NCBI GenBank assembly: GCA_965655095.1
Contig: OZ296650.1
Location: forward strand, 26,288,001 to 26,352,000
Reading direction: 5' to 3'
DNA: 64,000 bases
From: Haplodiscus bocki
Lineage: Eukaryota
The notes beneath the pieces were generated by a model. That model was not told where the DNA came from, did not search any database, and saw nothing but the letters and a program-made list of their open reading frames with translations. Positions 33,444-46,370 of the stretch are shown piece by piece. A program made the position numbers and the translations under genes. Position 1 is the stretch's first letter. Each line of letters starts with the position of its first letter.

Positions 33444-34899
33444 ACATTTTAGATTGGAAACTAATTTTGTAGAGCTTTATTTTAATTGAATTTTATTGAA
33501 AACTTGATTTTTTATTCGACTAAAAACAACGGAGATTCAATGTGGCATCAAAGTAGCAATGGTGTGCGAGCAAGAATATCAGTTTAGGAACACGCATTCG
33601 AAGTTCATGTTTTACTTGATTTTTATGGGCGAATTTTTACGAGAAATTAATCGAAGGCAAGAAGGAAATCAGTCGTTGAATCATGAACCTGTTTCGCATG
33701 CTGTGCAAATATCATCAAGGCTAAAAAGTGATCAAATGAGTTGAAAGAAAATCACAGACGATAATACATCATCAAAAATGTAGTGGCGGATGATCCGTCC
33801 CAAATCTTCTGGCAAACTCTTCAGTGGTGTTTTCGATTTCATGGCGTGCATTGCCTGAAGATTGTCAATTTCGGAACTTGATTGCATCTATATTAAGGAT
33901 TGTTTGTTCCAGTAAATTAAATATTTCGATGTGAGTGTTCAGTAGGACTCTCGGTGAAGTGCGCTGCTCGAAACTTTCGATCTTTTAGGTCGAACATACT
34001 GAGCCAAGGAAATAAATATTGGAAGACCATGTGATATTCGGAAGTGAAAAAATTTGAAGCTAATCATAGCTGTGATTCCTTTGGACAAGGAACGGAGCTG
34101 ACCTTTTTTTAACTTGTCTCTGCTCAGATGATTTAACCAAACTTGAGGGTGGAAGGGATACTGTCAAAAAGAAAAAAAATGGAACAAGCCGTGTGAACGA
34201 CACTAGGCGCCACTTCTAAGGCCCAAAAGAGGCATGAGTGTCCATTGGTTCTGGAAAATCGCGGCTTTTCGGACAAAGATGTGTTGCAGAGACGATTTTT
34301 CTTTCAAATAAATTTGCTGCGAAGCTGAGAAATTTTGATATCTTTTGAGTACAATATTTACAGCCTGAGTCAATAGTTCAAAAATTTTTCAAAAAAAAGT
34401 TTGATTTTTCTACGGGAGAGCATCACGAAAAAATTTCTGACCGAACAAAAATGTAATTTCTCACATATAAACGTTCTTTTCCTGTTTCTAACTTGTAATC
34501 CTGGCCTTGAAATCAATTGGGCATCGTGGAAAATATAGTCACCGAGCAGTTTATTTAGGTCCTGGTTTACGCGGTGGAAAATACTGATTGTAATGCTTGG
34601 GATCTGTTTAAAGCGCCGAATGAAATGGGAAGCGCGAAATGGGCCCATGAACAAGGTCTATCTTTCTCAGTACCATGATCACAGGCTGTAACGTTTGTGT
34701 CGAGAAAAATCACAAGATAGCGAAAGATTAGTTGCTTTTCATTCATGAATGCAATCCGTAGACAAAAATATATGACAACCTTCAGATCAACACAGGCCTC
34801 TTTCTTTGAAGCATGAAGTTTTCTTTATGTTGATTGAATTAATGTGCAAACCAAACGACCATTTCGAGCAGGTAAATATATTTTTTGGCCTCCGATTTA

Positions 34900-37800
34900 C
34901 TTCGTTTGCATTTTCGTTTTTGCAAGGAGTTTAGCTGCAGGTGGTGGAAGTTGAACATTGGAGTATAATTTTTCGTTGCAATTTTTTTAACGAAAGTCCA
35001 ATTCTGTTGCTTCGTTTTTCCAGAATTAGCCTAAACGCGTCACGCGAAAATGACTGACTAACGTGAGCGCTCGTTTCTCGATTGAGTCTAAATCTCGATT
35101 ATATCATTTTCGCGCATGTGTAAAATCAGAGTTATATATTAGTTCTTAATGCTGAATGGTGAAAACTAGCAAGATTCAACTCCATGCACCACAACAGACC
35201 AATCATTTCTCAGATCACAAATTTGATAATTGCAGCATCAAACTGTAAAGGTGACTATTCCTTGCGCTGAAGTTTTCGATTCTGAAAGCTGCGAAAACTT
35301 CCGATAATTCACTGCCTCGCACCATAACCAGCTAACCAAAAGAACTACGGTATTTACGGCGTTGTCCAGCTACTGTTCTATACTCAATCGTTCGGAAAAG
35401 ACATTTTAAGGGCGGAAGCAACTTTTTGCTGAAAAAAAATTATTAGTGCTTTGAAATATCAAAAACAATGTTGCGTCTGCAAATGAAACAGTTTGACAAA
35501 TATTGTTTAATTCTTTTTTTAAGCGTAGCAATTTTGTAGCCTGGATTTTGTAGAGTTTGATGCTTATGAAGTCCTTGTTCCGTAGTTGCTGGCGCAGTCA
35601 AACTCTTGTTGTGTGAAGAAGCAGGAACGAAAGCAAACTGCTCCATAGTAAAATAAATGCATAATGACGAAAAAATTATTGACTTTTATGAATTGCGAGC
35701 CTTTTTTGGATCACCAGAACGTTTCATCTCTTCCACAGAGTTGTTTTTTTTCAGTGCGATGAACCAAACTTCTTTATGGAACTTCGCTACGTGCTGTCTT
35801 TCAATGCTTTTTAGTCTTCCTCGGAGCAGGAATTAGTAAGCACCCGCGTTGAAATCGGAAAAATTGTTCTGGACAGGACTGTAGGAAATAACTTGCACTT
35901 GCAGCTAAATGATTGGAACACTTGCAGAGTAGAAAGATTTTTTGTGTTCATCGTCCAAAGACTTCAAATGCTTCAATCGCTCAAGGATTTCAAATTCTGA
36001 GAGAGTGCCTCCGCTGTTCTTACTGAACCGTAGTCGATTGTACTCGCGGCGACATGTCAGTCAATCAATAATTGACTGCAGGGAGCGGCCGTTGCGTCTC
36101 GATACCAACAAACTGGCTCTAACGCGATACCTAACAGTGTACTTTGGGTAGTGATTAGTGATTTGCATCATAACACGGGGAGTTTAGAATGAAACAATGT
36201 CTTTGTGTTCTCAGCGTCCCAACCTAGTAGAACGAAATGTGTTCATCTTTGATAAAATTCAATCAACAACGTCTTTCAGCAGTGACAATATGAACAAAAG
36301 TTGTTTATTTGAAAATTGTTTTGCATGATTGGTCAAAACATCATAATCACTTTCTACCGTTCTTCCTAACTGATCGGTAAATTCCAATTTTACAGCCTTG
36401 AATTATCGAGTTTCATAATTTATTTTTGCATAACACCGTTGTTATGCTGATATCAAGGAATAAAAATTGAACTCGGTCAAATTTTGATCCAAAGTCTCCA
36501 AGTTATTTCATTTGTAAGTAGCTATCAATTTTTCAGTCTTTGACTGTTCAAACAATGATGTACAGACAAAAAATTTTGTACCGCTCGTTTTGTGCCTAGT
36601 CTAGGAGAGGCTAAAATGTGACCTGCTGCACTCCACAAAGTTCTCTCCCCCTGTAATGATTGAATTATCACAATTTTCTGATGGCTAAACTTCTCTAAAA
36701 GCAACCAAACACAATCAACGAACAGACAAAAAGGGGGAAAAGGACTTCGGAAAATATGGATCAGGCTTGTCTCTAACAAGATCACGATTTTCTATGTTGA
36801 TTTTTGTCGCCAGGATGACATTACCTAGTTTGAAAAAATCTCTTTGATCGGGCACTTTTTTCTGAGGCTCAATTTCCGCGCGAAGAAGCTTGTAATTTTT
36901 TTTACCTTTTTATACTATTTCATGACGTAGATGAAAATCTACACTTGGTAATGCAGACTCTACATTATGAATTGCTAAATCATTCAGTTGAAAAACAAAA
37001 TTGCGCTTCGAGCTGCAGAGTGAACTGTAGTCTTGTGTTGCAATAGGTAAGTCGAGCAAATCCACATTCAATCATATATTTCGGCGTCTGGAACATCATG
37101 ACTCCTGAGGCAAATTTTTCATCTCTTCATCAACTGAATTGGTAATTCCTGCAATTTTTGTACTTTTGGAAACTATTGAGCATCCGCATCTTTGGGATCT
37201 TGTTTAGATCTTACTACAAAGGAAGTTTTCAATGTTCCACACCCCTTTGGTCAAAATTCTTGAACACCAAACGTTCTTGGTTTGTGTGTTTGTAGTTTTG
37301 GAAGGACGAAAGTAGTCTCTTTGAACATTCTCATCGATGAAGTCTCCCAACTCCTCAAAAACGTTTGCATCTTCGAACCCGAAAATTGGTAGTGTGCATA
37401 TTATACTGCTTCAAAAATTGACAAAACTGAAAATGGTAGACAGAAACATTTTTACGTAAAGATAACAGAGTGATTCGGTCACTTGACTAGGCAAAGAATA
37501 CATTGGTTCTCTTCGAAAGATGTAATTTTAAATCAGTCTTGAGCCAATATGTGAGCGCACTGCTACGACAGCATCGAAAAAGTTTACGTGTTTTCTAAAT
37601 ACTTTGGCGAGCAATATACGGAGTCCAGAGACGAGTCTCCGTAACCAATTGTTCCACCGATTGAAAGTTTTTTGTTCATTTCACTCGAAGTTGTTACAAC
37701 GTTCCAACAGTACCATGCACTTGAAAGAATTGCAAACAAATTTTCGTTCATTTGACGATTTTAGCCCAGAGTTTCGGAAAATGATCACAAGGAAGAAAGC

Positions 37801-39750
37801 TTCCATTTTTGATGAGCTTTGTTTCTCTCAGGAATAGTTGTTTGATCCAATACAATGCACTGCTTGAAAAATTTATTTAAATATAGGTTATTGAATACAA
37901 AGATTTTGCTATGGGTTTCTATTGTTCCGTATAATTCAAATCGATTTCTTCATCTGAGAGGTCGAAAATGTTTCGGTTACGCTTTACAACAATTTTCACT
38001 TTGTTTCAATGAGACTCCAAGTTTACTCATACTGTTCTCCCAATATTTACTGTCCATTTCCAGGAAGAAAAATCTTGTCCGGGATTAGTTTTTAGAAGGT
38101 CTTGTGTTTGTTGCTTTTAAGCTATAATTAGTGTGTTGTTATTCAAGAGAAGGTTCTGGAGCTACGACTTCTACACAATAAAGTTCACGTATCGCCTATA
38201 GTTGGAGAAATCAGTTTTTACTATCTCCAAATTTCGAATCAATCCAGGATAGAAAAAAGGAAGAAAGATCAACAGTAGTTAGTTGCTAGTAAAGTTTACA
38301 AAACTGCTGATTAGCAATTGTTTGCTAAATACAGAATTCATCACATCAAGTAGATATGTAAAATTGTCAAACATGTTTTTGACAGAAATTTCGATGAAAC
38401 TTCTTTTCCTCATTCTTCGTTGCAAACAATCGGATTTAACTTTTTGAATTCTCCGGTTTGTCCACAGGGTACCGCCACCGAGTTGCACAAAATTTTCTGC
38501 CTGTGCAATCCATATCATCAAGCACTTTGTGTGCCTGCTTGAGTTGTTCATCCATATCATTAGACCTAGTTTGCAGCTGCATGAACAAAAAATTTTTGTG
38601 TCTGCTAATAATTGTTCCTGTAGCGTTCAGCTGATTTTGTCTTCCCTTGAATTGGTTTAAAACTGTTTCTCTCATTTAACGCTTTTGTATTAGACAAAAA
38701 TCTAGGTTGTCTTTTTTCTTGAAGATTTTGGTTTTTAAGTCTAGGATGTTGGAGCCTTCTCTGGACCAGAAAAGTTGCCAAACTTGTCTTGGGGTGTCAT
38801 AGAAATGCACATAGTCGTTGAAAAAAAAACAATTCAAGTGCGGCAATAGTGTTTTGTGCCCTGAGTATCAATGTTCGAATACACTGGTGGCTGAAGGTGG
38901 CAACTATTCATTGGAAAACTTTTATGAAAGCAAGATCTCAGAATCGCATGTCGCTGTTTCTGTATAGTGCTAACCAATTCGCAGCTGCTTTGAAAAGGGG
39001 GTTTTCTAATTTTCCCGTCATTGATGGAACAATTTTCCATATTTGACGGTGTTTCATTTTTTTTTGGTCCATGACAAAGCAAAGATCAATACATGGATAT
39101 TCCTTCGTTTTCAGGCAATTCAGTTGAAAAATCAGCGTTATTTTTTTTCTGAGATTCCATTGTTCAGAAACCTTTTTGAGCAATCAAACAGCAGCTGTCT
39201 TGTTTCCAACTTTTACACATTTTTTTCAGTTAGAACTTTATTTATGTTCCGCAAATACGTACAGAAAATAACTTTAGAGTAAAGAGTGCCGCCTTGCTCA
39301 GAAAGACAATAAGACGTGTTTTTTACTCAAACGGACGTGCCGTAAACTGGCGCTTGGTGATCCATAAGCGAGGCTACAAAAAGGACGCCTTCCGATTCAT
39401 TCACCAAGACGTGTCTGTATACACTATTCAAGAATCGACTCAGCTGAGAAACGATTGTTTTGGTTGGAAATGTGTTTGATTTCTGCAGAGAGCAGTTTGT
39501 TTCAACCAACGGAACAGAAGAGTGGACGGAATGTGCAGCAGTGCAAAAGGGAGAGTTTTGGGACGAAAGTCAAGAAGCACCCATGATGCTCACGCCGAAG
39601 GACAAAACAAACGGAAACCAGTGGGTCAATTGTTGAAGAAAAGTATGAATCACTTATAAAGTGTAAATTTCATTTGCATGTGATAACGAATATAGATGTT
39701 GTCTGCATGAATAATGCAGTTTTACTACTAGTTTAGTGATATATAAATTG
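34900..39750 (-). mobile_element. Decayed Maverick/Polinton (second type): ATPase, integrase start, PolB and accessory ORF fragments
   Basis: CWYRDATAAPCSQLLID and ERLKHLKSLDDEHKKSFYSASVPII (ATPase, ~35900-36120); EQFAFVPAS..QNPGYKI (35443-35646); SLQGERTLWSAAGHILASPRL..VQNFL (integrase N-terminus-like); KMRML and WLALYRNSD (PolB-like). Confidence 0.6.
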
Positions 39751-40189
39751 ATATCTCTGTTCGCTGATACTTTTTTGCAGCCTGAGAAGAACTCATCAAG
39801 CCTGTTGGTATTTCAAAGATAAAACACATTGTAGCCAGCAAAAATCCAAATTCTATGAAAAGGAGAATCTCAAATGAAGACCGCCAATTGTTATGCAGAC
39901 GCATGCCACATGATCATGAAAGTGCACTTTTCGATATGACATTTGTTTTTGTTTTCCTCAGGATGCAGTAGTTGTCGTTGATAATCAATCTAAATATCGC
40001 GTAAACGTTGTGTACTTTTCATTGTTTTTTGGTTGCTCTAGTTGTTTCTGGAACTCCACCGAACTGGTGAACAAAATCGAAGAACTTTCGTTCTGATATG
40101 CTGTATATAGTTTTGAGACTGTTGTAATTTTAGAAAAAAAGGGTTTGTTGGAACTCATCCTTCTCAGGGTTTTTTCTATGGTTGCGGCG

Positions 40190-41199
40190 AAAGATTGTCC
40201 TGGTCAAAAAATGGTTTGTTCCGAACTGATGGAGGAATTGTTGTCTCTTTCATATGTTGGTTATAGTTGTGGCCGAGCTATTTGTAAAACTGATGGCGTC
40301 TTTCTAACTTTGCGCCATTTTGAAAAAATGGAAAGCAGAACCTTCCTCTCAAAAAGTTGCAAATTTTTACCCGATATTTGCCAATTGAGCTTGCGTAAAC
40401 GAGCCAACAAAGGTTGATTACCTGTCAGAATTTTTTCCATCAATTTTTGGCAAATTTGCTGTCGAATGCGACTGAATAAGTAAAACTTCTCAAAACGCTC
40501 AAAATTTGGCCGTTTTTTAAATAAAAGATAGGTTTTTCGACAAGAATTCTTTAATTTACATAGTCGTGAAAGGTAGCAAATTTGGTGTGGAAACGGCTGA
40601 AACAACAAAAGGTCTCAAATTATTCAAAACTCGGGTTTTCTTTAGGAAAAATTAGATCAAATTAATTCAAAAAAACCTCTATTTTTTTCAAATCGCCAAA
40701 AGTAGCAAAATTGCTGCAGAATGCGGCTGAATTTGTAAAAGTTCTCAAAACTTTCAACCTTTCAGGTTTATTCTGAGAAAAAAATAGATCGTTTTCTTTT
40801 CAACAAATATTCCCGAATTTTTTCACAAACGTTAAAAGTAGCAAAGTCGCTGTAAATTTCGACTGAAAAAGTAAGAGTTCTCAAAATTTCCAAAGTCTCG
40901 GGCTTTTTTTGAAATTTAAATACGTTTTTTGGGAAAAAATTTTGACTTTTTTGAAAATTGCTAAACGTAGCCATTTTTCGTTAGAATACGTATCGTATGG
41001 TTTTGTTTCAGATTGTTTCAACCGCTCTAATTACGACGTTTTTTCCAAAAAGTTTTTTAGAAACTTTTGAACGTTAGAGAGATTAGAAGAACTGATGAAG
41101 AAAGAGTTTTTTTCGAGGAACAAACGTTATCATCTTTTAAAATTACATCCTCGCCTACTGGGAAAGCGCATAATGTGCCGGTGGTAGTTGGTCGTCTTG
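40190..41199 (+). mobile_element. Non-autonomous Helitron-like repeat with internal ~130-bp tandem units
   Basis: Units GTAGCAAATTTGCTGTAGAATGCGACTGAA-like at ~40450, 40573, 40702, 40838 and 40967; 3' end GCCGGTGGTAGTTGGTCGTCTTG|T; homologous to 60030-60548. Confidence 0.6.
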
Positions 41200-41949
41200 T
41201 TTTTAGTCCGTACCACGAATTGTTTCTGTTGTTGGCAACAGAAAAGGTCCTTTAGTCAGAACCTGAAAATCATGTTGAAAATCGGACAATAATGGAGATT
41301 GTCTTCAAAAAAAAGCTGAACGGAAATTAAAATTCGAAAAAACGCATTTTTTCAAAAGACCTCGTATAAGCGTCAAGCTTTTGCCTTTTGTGGAATCTTA
41401 TCGAAAGCATTTTTTGTCCTGAAACTTTATCTGAAGAAATTAGATTTTAGAAAAAAGGATTCTATCTTGTCCATTTTTGAATCAAACTTTTTACAATGTA
41501 TCAGTTGATGAATCAAAATTTTTACATCGTGTCGGGTTTGAAATTTTGTTCGAGGTTTCCAACGCTCGAACTGAACTTTAAACCGTCAGCTGTTTTTTCA
41601 CAACATTTTCTTCCAAGCCACTTGGAGCAAATGCAACTTACATGATTTTCATCGATCGGATAATACCACTAGAAATTCGAAGAAAAGTTTGTGTACTACT
41701 TTTCACAAGGGTTTTGACTAAGACTTCGATTCTGTTTCTTTTTTTCTCTCTCTGAGGTTGATAAATTCAGACACTACCAGGTATTATTTCAAATAGGTGA
41801 GAAAAGTTTGAAACTACTTTTGTCTCACACAGGTCTGACTACTTTTTGAAAAAAAATGATGCAATGAAACATTTCAATCCAATGTTTTTATAATAGCCAA
41901 CTCACTATCTCAATTTTTCAGAAAAAAAACCGTTCGCAGATTATGGCAC

Positions 41950-43000
41950 ATTCACGATTTTCTATCCAAAAGGGCTACTTAATCGCGTTGTGGAAAGCTC
42001 TCTCGGTTTTTCAGACATTAGATTTTTAAGAGATGACTTCTTCTCGACTGAGTGTTCTTCCATTTTAAAAAGACTCTCTACGGAACACATCAACAAGATC
42101 TCTGCGGAGCCCTAAAGAGTGTTGGGGAAAGTGGAGTGTCTTGCCCTGTTGTGAAGGTGGCGTCCATATCAAAGTCAGCGCTTTGTCACTCCAAATATGT
42201 TACCTAAGAAGGATTTGTACCCATTTCCTGTGCTCCAACCAGCAATTGTGAAAAACTCCTCCCTCATCTCAACAGTCATATGTTGGTTTCAGTTATTTGA
42301 ACACGCGCCAGAGGATTGTCCAGAAACTGTTGCCTTCCGGACCACAAAAAACGCCGAGCTGGTACGAGAAAAGTTCCAAGAAGCTGACCCTGTGGCATAG
42401 TTCTTTGCAGTTGCCAAGTTCTTTGTAGTCAGAGTTACTGTGTATGGTATGAAACACTGTTTCCACATGATTGCTTCCCTGGAAGCTGAAAAAGACATGC
42501 TTCTGCACGGTAGATTGATGTTGCATTTTCTGATTTTAGCATCAGTCTTTTCTCAATTCAACAGGTATTGAGAAATAAACACAAACATGCCGTGAATAGA
42601 ACGATTTTAGTCTTTTTTTGGCGCAACTTCAGTTGTGGCAGGTTGTGACTGGTGGGAAAAAATATTCAATAAATGGGACCTTTTTTCTTTTTTGTAGTTG
42701 CCACGCGTTGCTCTTTGCAAAACAATGAATCCCATCCCCACAAATTCAACTCATTCTAGGTTTTTGTCTTTCAAATGGAAAAAAGAGCCCTTAATAACTA
42801 GCTTTGCATTTGCCACACTCTCAACAAGTTCATTGCGTTTATTTGTATGTTGTGATGTACGCACACTTTTCGTTCTTGCTTTTTTGGACAGAAGACGTCT
42901 CCAAAGATCTTGAAAGAATTATTGTCCAACGTTTGTCCAGAAGGTTTCTCCTTGTAGGTAGTTTTTCAGAAGACATTGGTGCTATCAATAGTCAACACAT
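41950..43000 (-). pseudogene. Maverick major capsid remnant
   Basis: AKNYATGSASWNFSR, EFFTIAGWSTG and the PRELST region loosely match the Maverick MCP C-terminal half; heavily decayed. Confidence 0.4.
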
Positions 43001-44699
43001 CTATCTTAAGCAATGCCCTAGCATTTGTTCTAAGAACTGCTTTTTTAAATGACTTTGAGGTTGCAAAAAACTGCGAGCAAAATTTAGTCAACTTCAATTT
43101 CAAGTTTTTCAGGGGCAGAACGCATCTTTGTTGTGTTCAAAACGAGACGATACAATTGTGGGCCTGTCTGATTGTTCTTTTGACGTCCTCATAACAAAGA
43201 ACAAAGAATTTTCTCCTAAAATTTTTGACCTAACTTCAACAATGGGTTCCAGTGGATGAACCTGTTGAGGTTTACTAACTTGTTCTTAGGCTTTCAGAAA
43301 CTCACGCAAGTTGTGTAGTAGAAAGTTCATTTTTTTCGTAAAGGAGACCATTTTTTCAAAAGCAATCGTTCTCGGGTTTTCACTTCAAAACAAGCAACAT
43401 TTTGATGACAGAAATTTTTTTCTCGGCTCGTTAATGACTCTCGCTGTCGTTGCTGCCTTTGTGTGAAATTAAACAGTTTGTGGTTCAAAGGACTGTGTGC
43501 CGCACTTTCCTCGAGGAAATTTTCTGGTTTTTTCGTTGAAAGATTAAAGAAGTTAAAAAGAAGCCTAAAAGGGGTGAAATTCCGTCGAATTGTAATGTTC
43601 ATCCATATACATCCGCTGTTCTTATTCAGCGATTTTTGAAACATGAAAATGATGATGGTGTAAAAATGCGACCGATACGTAATGGTTAGGGATTTTACTT
43701 GTCGGCAATATGATTCTGGAAACGTCTTCTTATCAACCATTCAGGTTTTATTATGTCTTTCTAATGAGTAAGTAAAAAAGCGTGGTCTAGAGGTTGAGAA
43801 CGTTGATTATTTCACTAGGTAAATTTGACAGTGATTGCCATCGTTTTTGTTCTAACGTGTAAATTTTGAACGATTACGGGGACTGTGCAAAATTTATTTT
43901 CTCCAATTTCTGCAGGCTTAATTGGCGCTTGATGCTGATGTACTTGTGGAAGGGAGCCCTAGCGATTATGAGCTTAGAGAAGGGAACGCGTGCCGTTGGT
44001 TTGAAGGCCAAGAAACTCCGGAGTTAATTGCCCGAATTGATTAGTTTAATCCGACGAAATGTGTCTTATCAGGAAAAATTGTTCAGAAACGATTACTTTT
44101 TAAAACAGGCCATCGTCGTTTCTGGAAAACTTGATGTACATGACTAACTTCCTGAGACAATACGTCCCTGTTTGCTTGTCGTACCCAACGAATATGGTTC
44201 CTTTTAGATGACGCTCCTTTCTGACTGCGCACTTTTCTACTTGAGCAGGTAAAAAAGTGGCCTAATCAAAGCTTTCACATTACCACATGTCCGCTGCAGA
44301 GTGAGGAAAAAAGATCGACAGCTCCTTTAAAGTTCATTTGAATTAGTTTTTGTGGTCTTTGAATCAGGCTATCTTTTCATAAAAGTTTTTATATACTCTA
44401 AAAAGTAATGAGTAGCACTTCCTGTAACTTTTTTACTGTGACTATTATTCCATTGCTACAGTCAAGTTGCATCTTTTTTTGGTTTTTTTCGAATTGAACA
44501 CTTTTTACTGAGATGCAGTCCCTCAATCTCAGCGATAGAGATACTTGTAAGTGCTGTGGAATGCAAACAACAAAACTTAGTCTTGGCCGTCCCATAAAGA
44601 TATGTTTAGTTTGTACCATACAATGAAATAACTGTCAGAAATTCTCGAAGGAATCCCATATTGACTTAAAACGTCCGATAACTTAGGAAAATTGCACTC

Positions 44700-46370
44700 C
44701 AAAATCCGAAGTTTTCGTCAAGTGTTTACGTTTTCGTGAATTTTTCCGGAGCTTCTCTGTTGTACGACAACAAACAGACAGAGCAAGAGTTGACACCGAA
44801 GACTTCGTCTACGAAATTGATGATAAGTATCTCAAAGGTTTCACTTCGAAGATTCCTTGTAGTTTGTGAGCGGGGAAGGGTGATACACAATGCATTCACT
44901 CACGAAAAACAAAAATTCAATCACAAAAAACTGGACGGGAAACTTGATCAGTTTTTCAACATGCTAAATTGTACGACAAAAGTGACTACAGTTATTGTGT
45001 TCAATTTGAAAAAATTGGAAAACGGCAGATACGGTTTTTCTTACGCGCACAAAACTATGCGCTTTTGGATTGATCGAAAATTGCCTTGACAAAACCGTAA
45101 GAATTAGTCAACGAATCACAAAACTGGCGCCTTTGAGTCTTTTACTAGAGAAAAGTTGAACATAAATTGCAGATTCTACAAGTTGACGAAAACAATTCTG
45201 TTTGCTTCTTCATTCTAAAATGTACTTTTGCCCTTTAGTGACGCTGTTTTACCTGAACTTCTGCTTAAAAAACCACACTCCACTGTCTCACGTTGGAATA
45301 AAAAAGACGTTGGGTAATAATTTGCAACTGGCACTTCGGCGTTCATGCTCTCCATATGCACGGAAATCGGAAATTGGGAATGGAATTCTGAAAATTTTCA
45401 GTTCTTTCATCAATGGAATGGATGGACTCAATCTCAAACAGATCCAAATAGTCCCTAAATAAGTTTTTTCAGTCGTGACTATTTGCTACCACTCAAAAAA
45501 TTACCATCTGTTCTAGATTCTGTGGATGAAAACATTTTCGTAGATGTTTCAGGATGAATTGTGAAGAACTACGAAACTACTCTGCCACTTCTGAGATACA
45601 GGCAGATATGTTCTGTGAGCAACATTAAGGCAGTCGTCGAAAATTTTGGTTAATCTAGTTGTGACACTTTTAGTAAGAGTCTAATTTTGAGCAACTTTCA
45701 ACCCCATGTGACTATCCCTGGATCGTTTCTCGAACCCGAGAAAATTTTTTTAACAAGCTGCATTCCTTTGGTATTAAGTACACAAGTCATTATAGATGAA
45801 AAAATCAACAGATATTAATTTGCGTCATTTTGTGTCCAAGTGAACTGCTTCCAATATACGAAGACTACCAAGCGGATAGGGAAAGAATTGTCAATTTGAG
45901 TATCATCTTACTAAACTATCTGAAGGAACCATTCATCCTTCAAAACCGTCATCATCATCTCTTCAATGCACCTTTCATCGAAACCCCTGAAGGTGTGGCA
46001 TCTAGGAGCCAAGCAATACTGAACACAATTGCTCCTGGATATCCAGAAACCAAAGAAAACGGGCTGAGAGTCATTTTGGAGAAAACTAAACAACTCCAAA
46101 GTCATCAGGAGTAAACCGGAAAATATGACTTCAGTCAGGTTGATTGGAAAACTAATTATTTTGCCTCTCCTCAGTTCCAGTCAAATCAACTAATTGACGT
46201 GCTGCAACATTTGGTACATTTTTGCAAGATTTTATCTCTGTTTGGTTGCAAGAGTTCAAAATGTAATCCCAATTCAATCGAATCCTCTTTGCTACCCATT
46301 CTGACTAACGAACGAGGTTTTGAACATACTCCTATCAAATCAGCTAACTTTTTCATCTCTGACGCAAAAA
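44700..46370 (+). pseudogene. Maverick PolB N-terminal/exonuclease remnant (interrupted at ~45830-46150)
   Basis: FLVVCERGRVIHNAF..KLDQFFNMLNCTTKV..LKKLENGRYGFSYAH, and LQHLVHFCKILSLFGCKSSKCNPNSIESSLLPILTNERGFEHTPIKSANFFIS (cf. LPVFGFNSAKYDLNLIKSYLLPIL..VIKKANQFIS). Confidence 0.65.
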
